DNA of 64,000 nt from positions 205,468,001 to 205,532,000 of the forward strand of contig JBITNC010000001.1 of assembly GCA_050084985.1 (NCBI GenBank), given 5' to 3'. Both the position numbers and the translations under genes were made by a program. Each line of letters opens with the position of its first letter. Within the stretch, counting starts at the first letter, position 1. Positions 10,901 through 21,828 of the stretch are shown one piece after another. The DNA is from Nageia nagi. Lineage: Eukaryota > Plantae > Pinophyta. The notes under the pieces are model-generated. The model was not told the origin of the DNA. It ran no database searches and saw only the letters and a program-made list of their open reading frames with translations.

Positions 10901-13560
10901 AAATGTACCTGCCTTTCTCTTGATGTATTGGCTGCAAATGAATGTGTCATGAGAAAGTTTGATGCCCTTCTCATGCTCTAATCTTTCAAGTGAGGCTATG
11001 GATTCCTGCAAACAACCAAAGTGAGCTAAAACAAGTGAGGCCATTGCCCATGTCATGCACCAAAGATCCAAGTGGCTCCAAGGACCATCAAGTCCTCCAT
11101 CATAGGCTGAGACTGTTTTGCCTTTCTTCTCTAAGGCTGATTTGGAAAGCTTCATGCTGTCTTCTTCATCCCCCATGAATACCTCCTACCTTCTAAATCT
11201 CCCATAGTGTGCTAACACACCCAGATCCCATGGAGCTAGAAGTCTATTGCCATTCACATGAAGAATTGACTCCTCCCACACATCACACCTTGAAACCAAA
11301 GGCATGAAACTATTATATGCATACTCACAAGCAACATTCATCTCTACATCAAGCTTCTTGTTCCCTACTACATTTTCAACAAATAGGGGTGATTGCATTT
11401 TGAAGGAAACATCTTGTAACTTTACTTGACATACCTCACATGGTGATACAATGATTTATGATTTCCCAATATCTGAAATGGTATTCCCTTCTTTGCAATC
11501 TTTATCTTCTTCCATGATAAGCTCATGCTCTTCACCCTTCTCATTACTTTCTGGGGTGTCAACATGACTAATCCAAGGTTCTTCTTTTGTCAATTCTCAT
11601 TCTTTCCCAACGTTGCGTGCCCAAGATCCTTGGTGCTCAACGTGGGGTGCTAAACTGCTTCCTAGTTCAACGTTGGGTGCCAAGCCTTCTCTTTGCCTGT
11701 TCTCATCCCAATCATGGTGTGGTGCCTCCCGATCCTCACTGGCATGTCGTGGGGGTGGATGGCGTCTCTATGGCTCGTAAAACTCTCCCCAATACCTTCT
11801 CATTTGCCAATGCATCGATTTCATCACTCTATTCATATTGCTAATGACCGAGATGAGCTCATCAAACTTTCGTTTGGAAGTGGATCCCCAAACCGGAGTA
11901 GAGCTCCTCCTCCTCGCAATCCTTTGCCTGTCTCTCTACATCTCTCCCTCATCATCGAAAATCTTCTCCTTCGATGGCTCATTCATCCATGGCCATCTAC
12001 CCTCATCTAGGACGGCTCTCTCTGATACCTCCTCTACATGTGATCTTCCGCTCTTTCTAGCAGATGCCATATTCTTCAAACCCTTACTCAAAACCTTGAA
12101 GCCTTCATATTAAATTTCTCTAATTAGTCAAGATGATAGATCAGGTCCTTCTATACCTAGAAACGCCCTTCAGATCTACAGATATGTTCTCCAAACCCTA
12201 GACTACTTAGTCTAGGAATTCAGACTTTCTCGAAAAACTGTCGTCTTGCCCCTGAAACTGGCCTTTTAAGTGCAGGACCTCCCAATCTACTAGTTCAACT
12301 TGCTTCTAGCTAGATCTTAACCTTACAGGTTAGCCAAATCCAAGCTTTGATACCACTTGTGATGATCCAAATTTAATTTCAACCATAAAATAGCAATTTT
12401 GGACCATCAAACCTTGACGTCAAATCTAGGGCATCAACATACAATCAAACAAACCCTCAAGTGCCAAGGTTAAGGTTAGGATAATGAATACGCATCATAA
12501 TAATGGAAACATGCCAACGTCTAGCTCATACAATTGATTAGCAATGAATATCACATCATAATGCCAACGTCTGGCTCATACATGTACAATGAAGCAAAGA
12601 CAATCCAAAGCATGCACAAGTATGGAATACGCAACACAATAATGAGATCCAATACCCTCTGCCTGTATACCCTCTAGCTGTATACAAAAGATATGAATAG
12701 CAACAATACAATACCAATCCCTAAGGGGTAGTCGTTGGCCTCCAAGGAGCCAACTAGGGCACAACAACAAGTATCTCCAATACCAGACGAACTACGGAAC
12801 CATGGGGCATATCTACCCCCTCAGATCTCGAATCCTCTCCATCGAAGGAGCCTTCCTCGAACTCTGGCTAACCGAATGAACGGTAGAAGTAAACCCTCGA
12901 AATGCCATTGGATGGGCAAAGGTGCTCCACCAATGTCGTAGATAATCAGGATCCCAATGCCTGACTACACTCTAGACGCTCCACCTAGGAATGGTTGCTT
13001 AGCACCGCTAAGACTTGTGTCCAAAGGACTATAGTAGAAGTGTAATAATAATAAGTGTGTCCAATAATGAAGCTCCAATGTCTATTTATACATTACTTAT
13101 GTTCGGCTCTCACCTAAGAGTCATCCCAGGTCCATCTAATCCAACGTTGGGCATTTGGGGGGCCCAATCACTTAAAGTGCCAACATGGGGGCCATGATCA
13201 CTTAAGTTGCCAATGTGGGTTCCCTAGCACTTAAAGTGCCAACATGGGGATCTTGGAGTCCTCATGAGCCAACATGGGGGTGTCAGGCCCTCCCCAGTGT
13301 GGCGCTAGCATGTTGGTGGCTGTCCATCACTCTAATGCATAAACATACCTTGGGATTCCCACAATTAGGAATCTCCAATACAATACATGCCTAATTTATT
13401 GCTTAAGAGGGAGACGTCCCACTTGGGGCTCACAAGGGGGTCCACTTGACCCATTAAGTCTCCTATCCTAAGTTACAACAATGTAAATGCAAATACATCA
13501 AATAGATATAGTACAAGATGACCAAACTGGTCCCACTAAAAGTACAAAAGGGATATCACA
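7909..13560 (-). mobile_element. Element C: non-autonomous LTR element of the A family nested in B
   Basis: LTRs 7909-9079 and 12358-13560 (TGTGATG...ATCACA). PBS (reverse of GCTTTGATACCA, 12344-12355) and PPT at 9080-9093. Gag N-terminus at 12068-11730 is homologous to A. The TSD is degenerate (GTGGA / ACGGC), but the B repeat unit GGTGGCAAATCC rejoins across it. Confidence 0.9.
9091..9867 (-). CDS. 258-aa open frame of element C made of 10-aa HPTL repeats, running to the PPT
   Basis: ORF track: SPTLSFLRSS HPTLSFEESC HATLGIWEAH... followed by GSTCLYLHMIYLRFLQV, which is also seen in A and H. Confidence 0.5.
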   Translation of the reverse strand: MHVGHLGELPPHVGHTRGCSPTLSFLRSSHPTLSFEESCHATLGIWEAHHPMRSCQENWCPMLRSGEARIAVERCDGDGHPSLSLRKFAFPLWRFHELEDTMLDLGRSNFTRFQLTCGHPTLEVGEAFGFRLLIGGVLDSTLGLERAWPQIGSKGSTCLYLHMIYLRFLQVYPLGDFHIHTTLCFFKTCFEPLHADLHFRFEHHTLVDSWKVVEHTLEVKLVGCTVDMISSLEHDGLYPLRWVWDPGSYSNCFRASNR

Positions 13561-15809
13561 ACGGCAAATCCAAAATTGAGCAACTTTGCTTTTGAAATTA
13601 TTGAAAAAGCTCAAGTTTTGCCTTCCAAAAAGTTGGGGGGAGTTTACCAAGTTTTGAACCTTGTCACAACTTTCCCAAACATGCCCAAAACCTTCAAAAC
13701 CTACGCCAAGCATCAAAGGGACCTAAAATTTGTCAAAAGTGAAATTTGTGAGCTTCATGGGGTGCAAAATTCAATTCTACACCATTTTGATCTTCCGAGT
13801 GCATAATTTGGACAAGAAAAACTCCTCCAATCATGGATTTGTCCTCCAAAATGGAGAAAATCAGAAAAAGGGAAAAAATAGAAAACTTCAAATGTTCAAA
13901 ATTTTGAGTCAAGATCCAAAATTTTAGAAATCAATTTGAATGATTGATTTGAACACCCATTTCCCTTGTGAAGAAAAGTGATTTGGATCCAAAAAGTGAA
14001 GAAAAACACAAAAAAATCTCTAGATCCAAGAGCTGAAGGCTGAAAATCTTCACTTTTCCAAAAAAAATGAAAAAAAAATAAAAATTGGAGATCATGTGTA
14101 GAATAAGGATTCAAACATTTTGGCTTTTGAAATTTTGGAAAAAGAAGTAAAATCATGCCCATTATGCCTAGGCGCTCATTTTCCAAGTTTACCAACCTTT
14201 GGCCTTTCTTCTCAACATTGGGGATGAGTAGAAAACTCCAAAAATGCAAAAACACCTTATGGAGCCTCCAAAATGCCCCATCATTAAAAAGCTCAAAATC
14301 CAATGCCTGAAAGCTCCAAATCCTATCAAAACTTCCCAATAACATTAAAATCCCATCCTTCATCCATCCATGCGGTCAAATCCACTTTTTTAAAATTTTC
14401 CAAATTTCGGACCCCCCATTTTTTTCGAAAAATAGACCAAAAAATTCCATTTTTTTGGAAAATTCTCTCATAATTCCTTGAAAATTTGCCAAATTAATCA
14501 CATCAAGGGCAAATCTAGGTTGAAACAAAGAAGAAGCTCAAAATACTGATGAACTGATCCAAAACGGTGATTTGAAGCTCCAAATTTTACCAAATTGATG
14601 CAAAATGCCTCGAAATCCATGTCAGAGGGCATCAATTTTTGTAAATATTTTATTTCAAGCATATTTTAGTGGGATGAGTATTGTTCTCCCACTAAACGAC
14701 ATTGTAATTTCAATTTAGCATTCAAATTAGCATTTTTATGTTTTTTTTAAGAATTAGGGCAACACTTGAAAATTAGACCTAATTTTGCCTATAAACAAGA
14801 GGCATGAGGTCTCATTTTCACTAGAGCTCATTTTGACCTAAATTGATGTATCCTTGCACAACACTTTTATAAGCTAATACAAAGAGGTTAAGGCGAAATC
14901 GAGCTTGTTTATCCATTTGTGGTGTTGTGAAGTGATTCTTAAGGATTATCATTATTCGTTTGACACTTTCGCATCCTTCATTTGAAAACTCACGAGTTTT
15001 AGGGAAAGTATCATTGCTTTATTTTTCTAAAGTGTTGGAAACCAGTATTTGATAGTTGCTTCATTCATAGCATGCATGTAGATGAGGTATTCTGAATATG
15101 TTTCCTGTTTCATGACATCAAACTAGAGGTTTAGATCCTAACTTTTGTTCTTCCCACGTTCTTCCATCACATGCATTTGATTGCAACGGTCCTACTTGCA
15201 GAGTATCGACAATCAGCATTCCTCACCGCTCCTCTTTGGAACAACTCGAACATAGTTTTTTGTTCGTAAAGTTGGATGAATTGCATGAAATCCCTTAGCT
15301 GATCCGAAAAGGATGAGCTTTTTAGACAATGTTTTATCGTGGTGACCAATTTGGTATCTGAGAAAGTATCCATTTCCGTTTCACAAGTGTAGTCTCTCAC
15401 TTTCCAGTATTATCTTTATGCTTTCTTTATGCTTCCGAACCCAAATACAATCATTAAGTCCACACAGATATTTCAAATAAACTCTATACATCAAATAAAA
15501 AATGTTGGTTAACAAATTGCTACCTCTCATTCCATTCATTTTCCATTGAGGTTGATTCCAAAGAGGGATACCGCACATATATTATCGATCCCTATCCAGA
15601 GACACTTGCGCAAGCGTTGGATTTCGCTTGGCAAGCATACCTACAATGTTAGAGCGTTGAGTAGGTGTTTCGACAAAAGCCTTGGAGGTATAAAGTCCTT
15701 TTCAAAAGGAGGAATTGGTAACACTTTCCCGACTATGTTGTTGGGTAGCTCCTAAGTCCTACATGCGATTTTCAAAGAGTTGCCATAGGAAATAAAAGCA
15801 TCCCAACAG

Positions 15810-16882
15810 GCATTTGAGGGATTCCGAGTTTCCAATGCCAATGGGAAACTCACCTTGGTTGATCACATTGTTGGGAGGTTTGAGGTGAGACTGCAAAGTT
15901 GTGTGGTGAGGGAGGATTTCTACATATATCCCTTGAAGGGGCACCCTCACATCATTCTGGGAGTTTAGCGGTTGTTTGACTTAGGAGATATTCATACCAA
16001 CTATCAGAAGCTCACCATGAGTTTTGAAATAGACGGTAAGACAGATACTCTGTAGGGAATTCGGGATGATTGTCCACAGGTGGACAATAAGAGATTGGAG
16101 GTGATTGAGTAGTGTTAGCAGAAGGAGGAGGCAGAAGGGGAGGCCACGTTGCAGCCCAAGGAGCCAAGAGGGGCCACGTTGGACCATGGAGGAGCTAGAA
16201 CCCCAACGTTGGGCATGCAGGAGGTATGCCACCCCACGTTGGGCATACAGGAGGTCCGCCATCCCACATTGAGCATTCAGGAGGCTTGTCATGCCACGTT
16301 GGGTATCTAGGAGGTTCATCATCCCACGTTGAGCTGTCAGGAGGATTGGTGTTCCACATTGAGGATTGAAGCGACCAGAATTGTTGTTTGGAGGTGCTAT
16401 GATGATGGGCACTCATCATTGAGCCTAAGGGAGGCTGCATTCCCTTCATTGAGGATTCAAGAGTTGGAGGATGAGGTGATTTCTTGCCTCACATTGGCCG
16501 AGAGGAGTTTGGGAGGTTTTGAATGGAGATTGGAGGAATCACTGTTGAATGAGTGGAGCTTAGGCTCTACTTGTTTTCCACTTACTATGATCTTCTTAAG
16601 GTTCTTGCAGGTACAGTTCTAGCTAGACTTGCATACACTTCCATGGTTAAGGAGGACATACATTGAGCAGCTACTAAGGAGTGACAGTTATAACAAACAG
16701 TTTGCATTGAAACAGTGGCATGGATTTTTGCCATACGTTGCTCACCATCATCCTGGATGATGAATATTGAAGTTGCATTCCACCGACATGTGCTCCATTT
16801 GACAATACCAAAGGATTCTTGGAAGACTGTGTTTTGATCTCCTGCGATTGCTTGAGGGCAAGCAATTTGAGAAGGGAGGCTT
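15810..16882 (+). pseudogene. Protease C-half, then in-frame 10-aa repeat domain, then integrase-like tail (LLEGKQFEKGGFV) of element A
   Basis: Codons at 15810, 16329 and 16848 are all in the same frame. The stops in the protease and repeat part are TAG (from TGG/CAG). Confidence 0.8.
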
Positions 16883-18203
16883 TGTGACGTTCCCCTTGTA
16901 TATTTAGTGGGACCAGTTTGGTTATCTTGTATTATACTTTATTCATGTACTTGCATTTGCATTGTTGTAACTTAGGATAGGAGATTTAATGGGTCAGTGG
17001 ACCCCATTGTGAACCCCAAGTGGGACGTCTCCCTCCTAAGTAGTAGATTAGGCATTTGTTGTATTAGAGATCCTGAATTGTGGGAATCCCAAGGTATATT
17101 TATGCATTAGAGTGATGGACGGCCACCTACATACTAGTGCCACACCAAGGAGGGCCCCACACTCCCACATTGGCTTATGAGGACTCCAAGACCCCCATAT
17201 TGGCACTTTACGTGCTCAGGATCCCACGTTGGAACTTTAAGTGCTCAAGACCCCACGTTGGCACTTTAAGTAATCATGACCCCCACATTGGCACTTTAAG
17301 TGATCATGACCACCACATTGGCACTTTAAGTGATCATGACCACCACATTGGCACTTTAAGCGATTTGGCCCCCCAAAAGCCCAACGTTGGATTAGATGGA
17401 CCTGAGATGACTCTTAGGTGAGATCCGAACATAAGATAATGTATAAATAGACACTAGAGCTTCATTACTAGACACACTTGTTGATTATTACTTCTACTAC
17501 AATCCTTCGGACACAAGTCTTAGCGAAGCTAAGAAACTATTCCTAGGCAAAGCATCTAAAGGGTAGTTAGGCTAAGGGATCCTATCTGTCTACAGCATTG
17601 GTGGAGCACCTTTGCCCATCCGATGGCATTCCAAGGGTTTGCTTCTACCATTCATTTGGTCAGCTAGAGTTCGAAGAGGGCTCCTTTAGTGGAGAGGATT
17701 CGAGGTATGAGGGGGCAGATCTGTCCCATGGTTCCGTAGTTCGTCCAGTATTGGAGATACTTGATATTGTGCCCTAGTTGGCTCCTTCGAGGCCAACGTC
17801 TGCCCCTTAGGGCTTGGTATTGTATTATTTTCATATCATTTATATACAACCATAGGGCATTGGATCTCATTCGTGTATTGTGTATTCCATACTTGTGCAT
17901 GCGTTGGATTGTTTATGCTTCATTGTGCATGTATGAGCCAGATGTTGGCATTCTGACGTGTTATTCATTGTTATATGCTTGCAATTGCTAGATGTTGGCA
18001 TAATGATGTATTAATGATTGGATCTTGCATGTTATACTTAAACATTGGCATCTTGAGGGTTTGAATGTTTAATGCTAATGCCCTAACCCTAACGTTGCAT
18101 ATTTGAGGGTGTGTTGGCTTGTGTTTGGTGCCCTAGACCTGACGTCAAGATTTGATGGTCCGAATTTGATAGTTGGGTTGAATTTCATTTTTGGATCATG
18201 ATA
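16883..18203 (+). repeat. 3' LTR of element A with an expanded 29-30 bp tandem array (~17160-17390)
   Basis: Direct repeat of 3302-4508. Confidence 0.92.
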
Positions 18204-18208
18204 TTTTG

Positions 18209-18578
18209 CTGCACCATTTCATTTTGTTGAGGAGTCTGACTCAAAGTTATCTGATGGCATATTACCAATGATATCACTTGTGGTGTTGGATGAAGTAATC
18301 AAGTTCAACAATGTAATTAATTGTTTATACACCAAATGGGACTCTATTAATTTGTGAACTTAGTTTTGGGGTGTTGCTTGGGATTTCAGCTATCATTATG
18401 GGTTCAAATGGGAGAGGCAACCTTGATCAAGTACAAAACTAGGAAGAAAACTCTTTCAAACGGAGAAAAACAAAGAGTTGTTGTTTTAAGCCTTTTATAC
18501 CATTGCCCAAAGTTTGCAATTTTGGATGAGTGCACATCAGTGGCTAGAGCAGAAAAGAAGATATGCACCCAATTCTAG
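18209..18578 (+). pseudogene. ABCD pseudogene, nucleotide-binding domain fragments
   Basis: VIKFNNV..TPNG..MGSNGRG (Walker A), then NLDQVQN*EE/TLSNGEKQRV..LYHCPKFAILDECTSV (ABC signature and ABCD Walker B ILDECTS). Confidence 0.88.
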
Positions 18579-18634
18579 ACAACCTTCAAGCCAAGTGCAT
18601 GACAAAAAAGGTAAAATCTTGTCTTTTCCTGACA

Positions 18635-20106
18635 TGTAACAACCCAAAAGACACTCAAGGACCTCTACCCCACATTTCAAAGATCAGATTCTCAAATTTC
18701 AAGCGGGCATGCATTCTGAAGTCGGCTAGCCTAGAAGGTCTCACAGAGCTCAAAAATTGCATCACAAGGTCCCATAATGTTTTAGTAATGAAAGCAGGCT
18801 TTCAGATTGTCCTTGCCAATCGCTAGGAGTGTTTCAAAGTCAAGTGTTGCAGAAGCAAGGAAGATGGACGAATTCTTGAGTACCAGAGGAGCATAGCGGC
18901 ATGTTGTTGCAATTGCAGCAATTTAATTTTATTTTACTATTGCAATTTATTTTAAATTTGGATTTCAAAGACTTTTTAAATTTGGTTAAGCCTTGTGACG
19001 GATGAGGATTTACTCCCACAAGTGCTGGAATAAATCTTGTAATGCCATGTTGCGAATTTTCATTGGACCACTTTTATTTTTCTTGTAATTTGCATTAGGG
19101 TTAGGGCAACACTTAGGGTTGCCACAAAAACTATTTATAGCCCATTTGGGCTCATTTGTAAGGGATTAGACATTTTGCACTTGTGAGAAACTTAACTCTT
19201 ATTTCCAAATATACAAGTTGCTCCAATTATTAATGTGGTATTATCTCATGTAATTGAATAGTGAATGCTCTCATTGATGGAATCATGAACATGTGTTGAA
19301 TGCCTTATTGAATCCAGTGGATGAATGATATTGCTATCTTATTTTGCTCAAGCTTGCTTGGTTCATTTCATAAACCTTGTGTTGAGGTGGATGAAAGAGT
19401 TTGTTGAATACCATTTGAAGTGATCTTTAAGTGAGATATGATGGGTAATGGTTCATGATTTAGGCTTGTGTTGTTTGGGATGACTCCTCTTATGTCGCTT
19501 AGCACAAGAACTTCACTCCACTATTGAAGATTCACCCACGATCTGCTTTACAACCACCCTTGACTATAGCTTTAAGATCCTTGCACTATTCCATTCATGT
19601 AGTTGGCTAGTGATAGGGATAAGGAGTGTGTGGAACTTGCATCAAGCTCGGAAGAAGTAGATTCCAATCCTTACACCAGTCGGTGAGACCATATGCACTT
19701 CTGCCCAACTCATATACTACCGTCTAATCTACCTTTTTCTTTTATCTTTCATTTTTTTTCCACAATTTTCACAATCCGATTTTACTTTTTTTTTTTTAGA
19801 AACAACCATTTTTCGGAGACAAGGACACTTTGAGTCCTTGAGTAACAAATTCTATTTGAGTTGGAAATAGCTTTAAACACCTCAACTAGTCTCCTGAGCA
19901 ACCTCTTGCACAACCCATCACGAGACCTTTGTGGTAACCAGTCCTCAGCGGGTAGAGGTCAAGCCCTACCACCTAGGTGTTGGTATCTTCCATAAGCCTT
20001 GCAAGCTCATTTGCCTATCATTTCAATGGATAAACAAGCGTTTGGAGAATTTGTACATTTTGCGTCCACTCCTTTCCCTGTTGCATACTCTGTCATATCA
20101 ATAACA
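18635..20106 (+). mobile_element. 5'-truncated giant LTR-type unit (copy Y)
   Basis: ORF-like remnant to ~18897, GGATGAG..CTCC hairpin at 19000, CTATTTATA at 19131, GGTAACCAGTCCT stem-loop at 19933, ends ...AATAACA. No matching TSD; the left boundary is approximate. Confidence 0.55.
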
Positions 20107-20230
20107 AGTTAAAAAATATGTACCAGATCACTACATTAAGATATTACAAAATCATTTATTTCATTTTGATGTCATTATTGAAGATTGAAAGCCTTTTAAT
20201 TCCTAGTATATAACACAAATAATAGAATTT

Positions 20231-20284
20231 TTATAACAGAAAATTGTTCAGCACTCTCTTAACATGAATATCTCGTAACACATA
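20231..20284 (-). CDS. AAF: Possible degenerate next AAF exon (YVLRDIHVKRVLNNFLL*)
   Basis: VLRDIH lines up with the F(I/V)(K/R)(N/D)IH expected after ALE. The acceptor is weak (CTGAAG), there is no good donor, and there is an in-frame TAA. Confidence 0.4.
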   Translation of the reverse strand, partial: YVLRDIHVKRVLNNFLL

Positions 20285-20584
20285 CTTCAGCAAGAAGTCC
20301 AGTAGAAAACAGTTCCTTTTGCTATTCATATCAATTGAAGTTTTCACGTCACAAAAAATCAGGTGCTCTACCAAGCACTTAAAAACACTTGCAAAAAGAA
20401 GTCATTTATATTAAAACTATCAATATTCTATTCTACTGCATCATTTCTTGAATTTATCCATTTTGTGACAATGAATACACCGTTAAAATGTAAGGTTGTA
20501 TTTGCTTGTTCAGACTAAGAACCATAGACTTCATTTTAATTATATCTTTCAGCTAATGCTCACATTAAAATAGCTGTGGCATAC

Positions 20585-20653
20585 CTCTAAAGCCAAAAAG
20601 GCATCTTTCATAGCACGTCGCCGTGCACGTAAATCAGCTCTACGTAAATCAGC
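20585..20653 (-). CDS. AAF: AAF/SPA15-like coding exon 6 (ADLRRADLRARRRAMKDAFLALE)
   Basis: TTTTCTCAG acceptor, GAG|GTATGC donor; matches the family motif ADLRRADFRAKQRAMEDALMALE. Confidence 0.9.
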
Positions 20654-20815
20654 CTGAGAAAAGGACCTATATATAAGTTATTACTAAAGTACTAGAGCAT
20701 AATGTGAGCTTTAGTATTATTTTGTCAAATGGACACACAGAAATTTAAAAGTCATTGTGGCAGTGGATATGATTAGTTTCACATTATAACTTTGATGATT
20801 GGTCAAGAAGATTAC

Positions 20816-20887
20816 TTCTAGAGCCCCATCATTCCAGTGGTTAGCCGCCGCAGTCTTCAATTTAGTTTGAGCTTTGTCTGTCAGACC
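20816..20887 (-). CDS. AAF: AAF/SPA15-like coding exon 5 (GLTDKAQTKLKTAAANHWNDGALE)
   Basis: AAG acceptor, GAA|GTAAT donor; HWxDGALE motif. Confidence 0.9.
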
Positions 20888-21032
20888 CTTTATATGTGAC
20901 AACAAGCTTCATGAATACATTACTCTTCATAAATTCTCGTTTACAAAAGAAAGCAATGGAAAACAAAATAGTCTATTTGTTATCTAGTAAATTAAATATT
21001 CAGACATAATAGCATGTGTAAAAATACTTGAC

Positions 21033-21109
21033 CTCTGCTAGTCGCTGAAGGCGTGCAGCCTTTTTCTTGACATTATTGTCAATCTTTCCAGTATCCTCTC
21101 TTGCACGAG
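21033..21109 (-). CDS. AAF: AAF/SPA15-like coding exon 4 (ARAREDTGKIDNNVKKKAARLQRLAE)
   Basis: CATAG acceptor, GAG|GTCAAG donor, phases consistent with neighbouring exons. Confidence 0.9.
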
Positions 21110-21238
21110 CTATGTTTAAGTCAAATTACTTAGAATTAGGATGACTTATTACCAAATACGATGAAAATTGTTAAAAGAGTCTGAGGTTACATAAAAGAAG
21201 TTTCCAAAATGAGATTAATGTTACAACTAGATATTCAC

Positions 21239-21312
21239 CATCAAGCTTGAGAAATTCAGAACCAAGAAATGCAACGTCCTGACGTGCACGGTCATTCAAT
21301 CTTGTGATCCCA
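21239..21312 (-). CDS. AAF: AAF/SPA15-like coding exon 3 (GITRLNDRARQDVAFLGSEFLKLD)
   Basis: TCACAG acceptor, G|GTGAAT donor; RARQDVAxLGSxFLKLD motif. Confidence 0.92.
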
Positions 21313-21639
21313 CTGTGACAAGATACAAAATGTTTTATGAGAGAAATAAAAGGAGGAAATTCAACACAGAAATTTACAAATAAAAAGTTTTATTCAGCAA
21401 CTGCAATATTTTCAGCAGGGTTTGATCTAATGCTGAACACTCTTTATTATATTTCAAAATTCCACTTCATTGTCAACAGAAATCTTCAAGCCTCATGTTT
21501 CAATACCCTAAGTGAAAACAAGATAACATAATTGACCACGTTCAGTAGGTTTCATTGTCATGTGATCGACCAAACATATGCCAATTGGCTAAATCCACCT
21601 TCCAAAAATACACAAGTCAACTACTACAAATAAAATTAC

Positions 21640-21828
21640 CGTGAGAGTAGCACAATATCATTTCGCACCCGTTCATTCATAAATTTGGCATCATTGCAGG
21701 CATATTTCGCAGCTTTAGCTAAGCCTCGACAATAACCACAATGTGAGTCTGAGAATATAGATGGGCAGTCCCGTGTGCACATTGGATCTAAACTTTGCTT
21801 GTCATCATCTCCTGGACAAGCATCCTCC
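21640..21828 (-). CDS. AAF: AAF/SPA15-like coding exon 2 (..GYCRGLAKAAKYACNDAKFMNERVRNDIVLLSR)
   Basis: TTTTCCAG acceptor, CG|GTAATT donor; NDAKFxNERxRNDIxLLSR motif. Confidence 0.92.

Larger units (their letters stand above)
6232..15808 (+). mobile_element. Element B: ~3.9 kb (net of C) TGTTG...CAACA unit, probable giant solo LTR, inserted in the protease of A
   Basis: Starts TGTTGTGCCC and ends ATCCCAACA. TSD GGCAT at 6227-6231 and 15809-15813. Removing it restores NLRTKA|FEGFRVSNANG. Degenerate tandem arrays, TATA-like site near 14789, no PBS/PPT or pol. Confidence 0.88.
3302..18203 (+). mobile_element. Element A: non-autonomous Ty3/gypsy (chromovirus-derived, TR-GAG-like) LTR element, gag + protease + repeat ORF, no RT/RH/IN; hosts B and C
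   Basis: LTRs 3302-4508 and 16883-18203. TSD TTTTG at 3297-3301 and 18204-18208. PBS TGGTATCAGAGCC at 4511. PPT GAGAAGGGAGG before 16883. The ABCD reading frame resumes after the right TSD. Confidence 0.93.

Noticed and set aside
18595-18615. Poly(A) tail for the ABCD retrocopy
   Set aside because: Only six A residues and no flanking TSD identified.
19925-19985. Twister- or hammerhead-like ribozyme in the giant LTR ends (CAGTCC, CAAGCCC)
   Set aside because: I could not assemble the twister pseudoknots or a CTGANGA...GAAA core in any copy, so it is kept only as an unexplained conserved structure.
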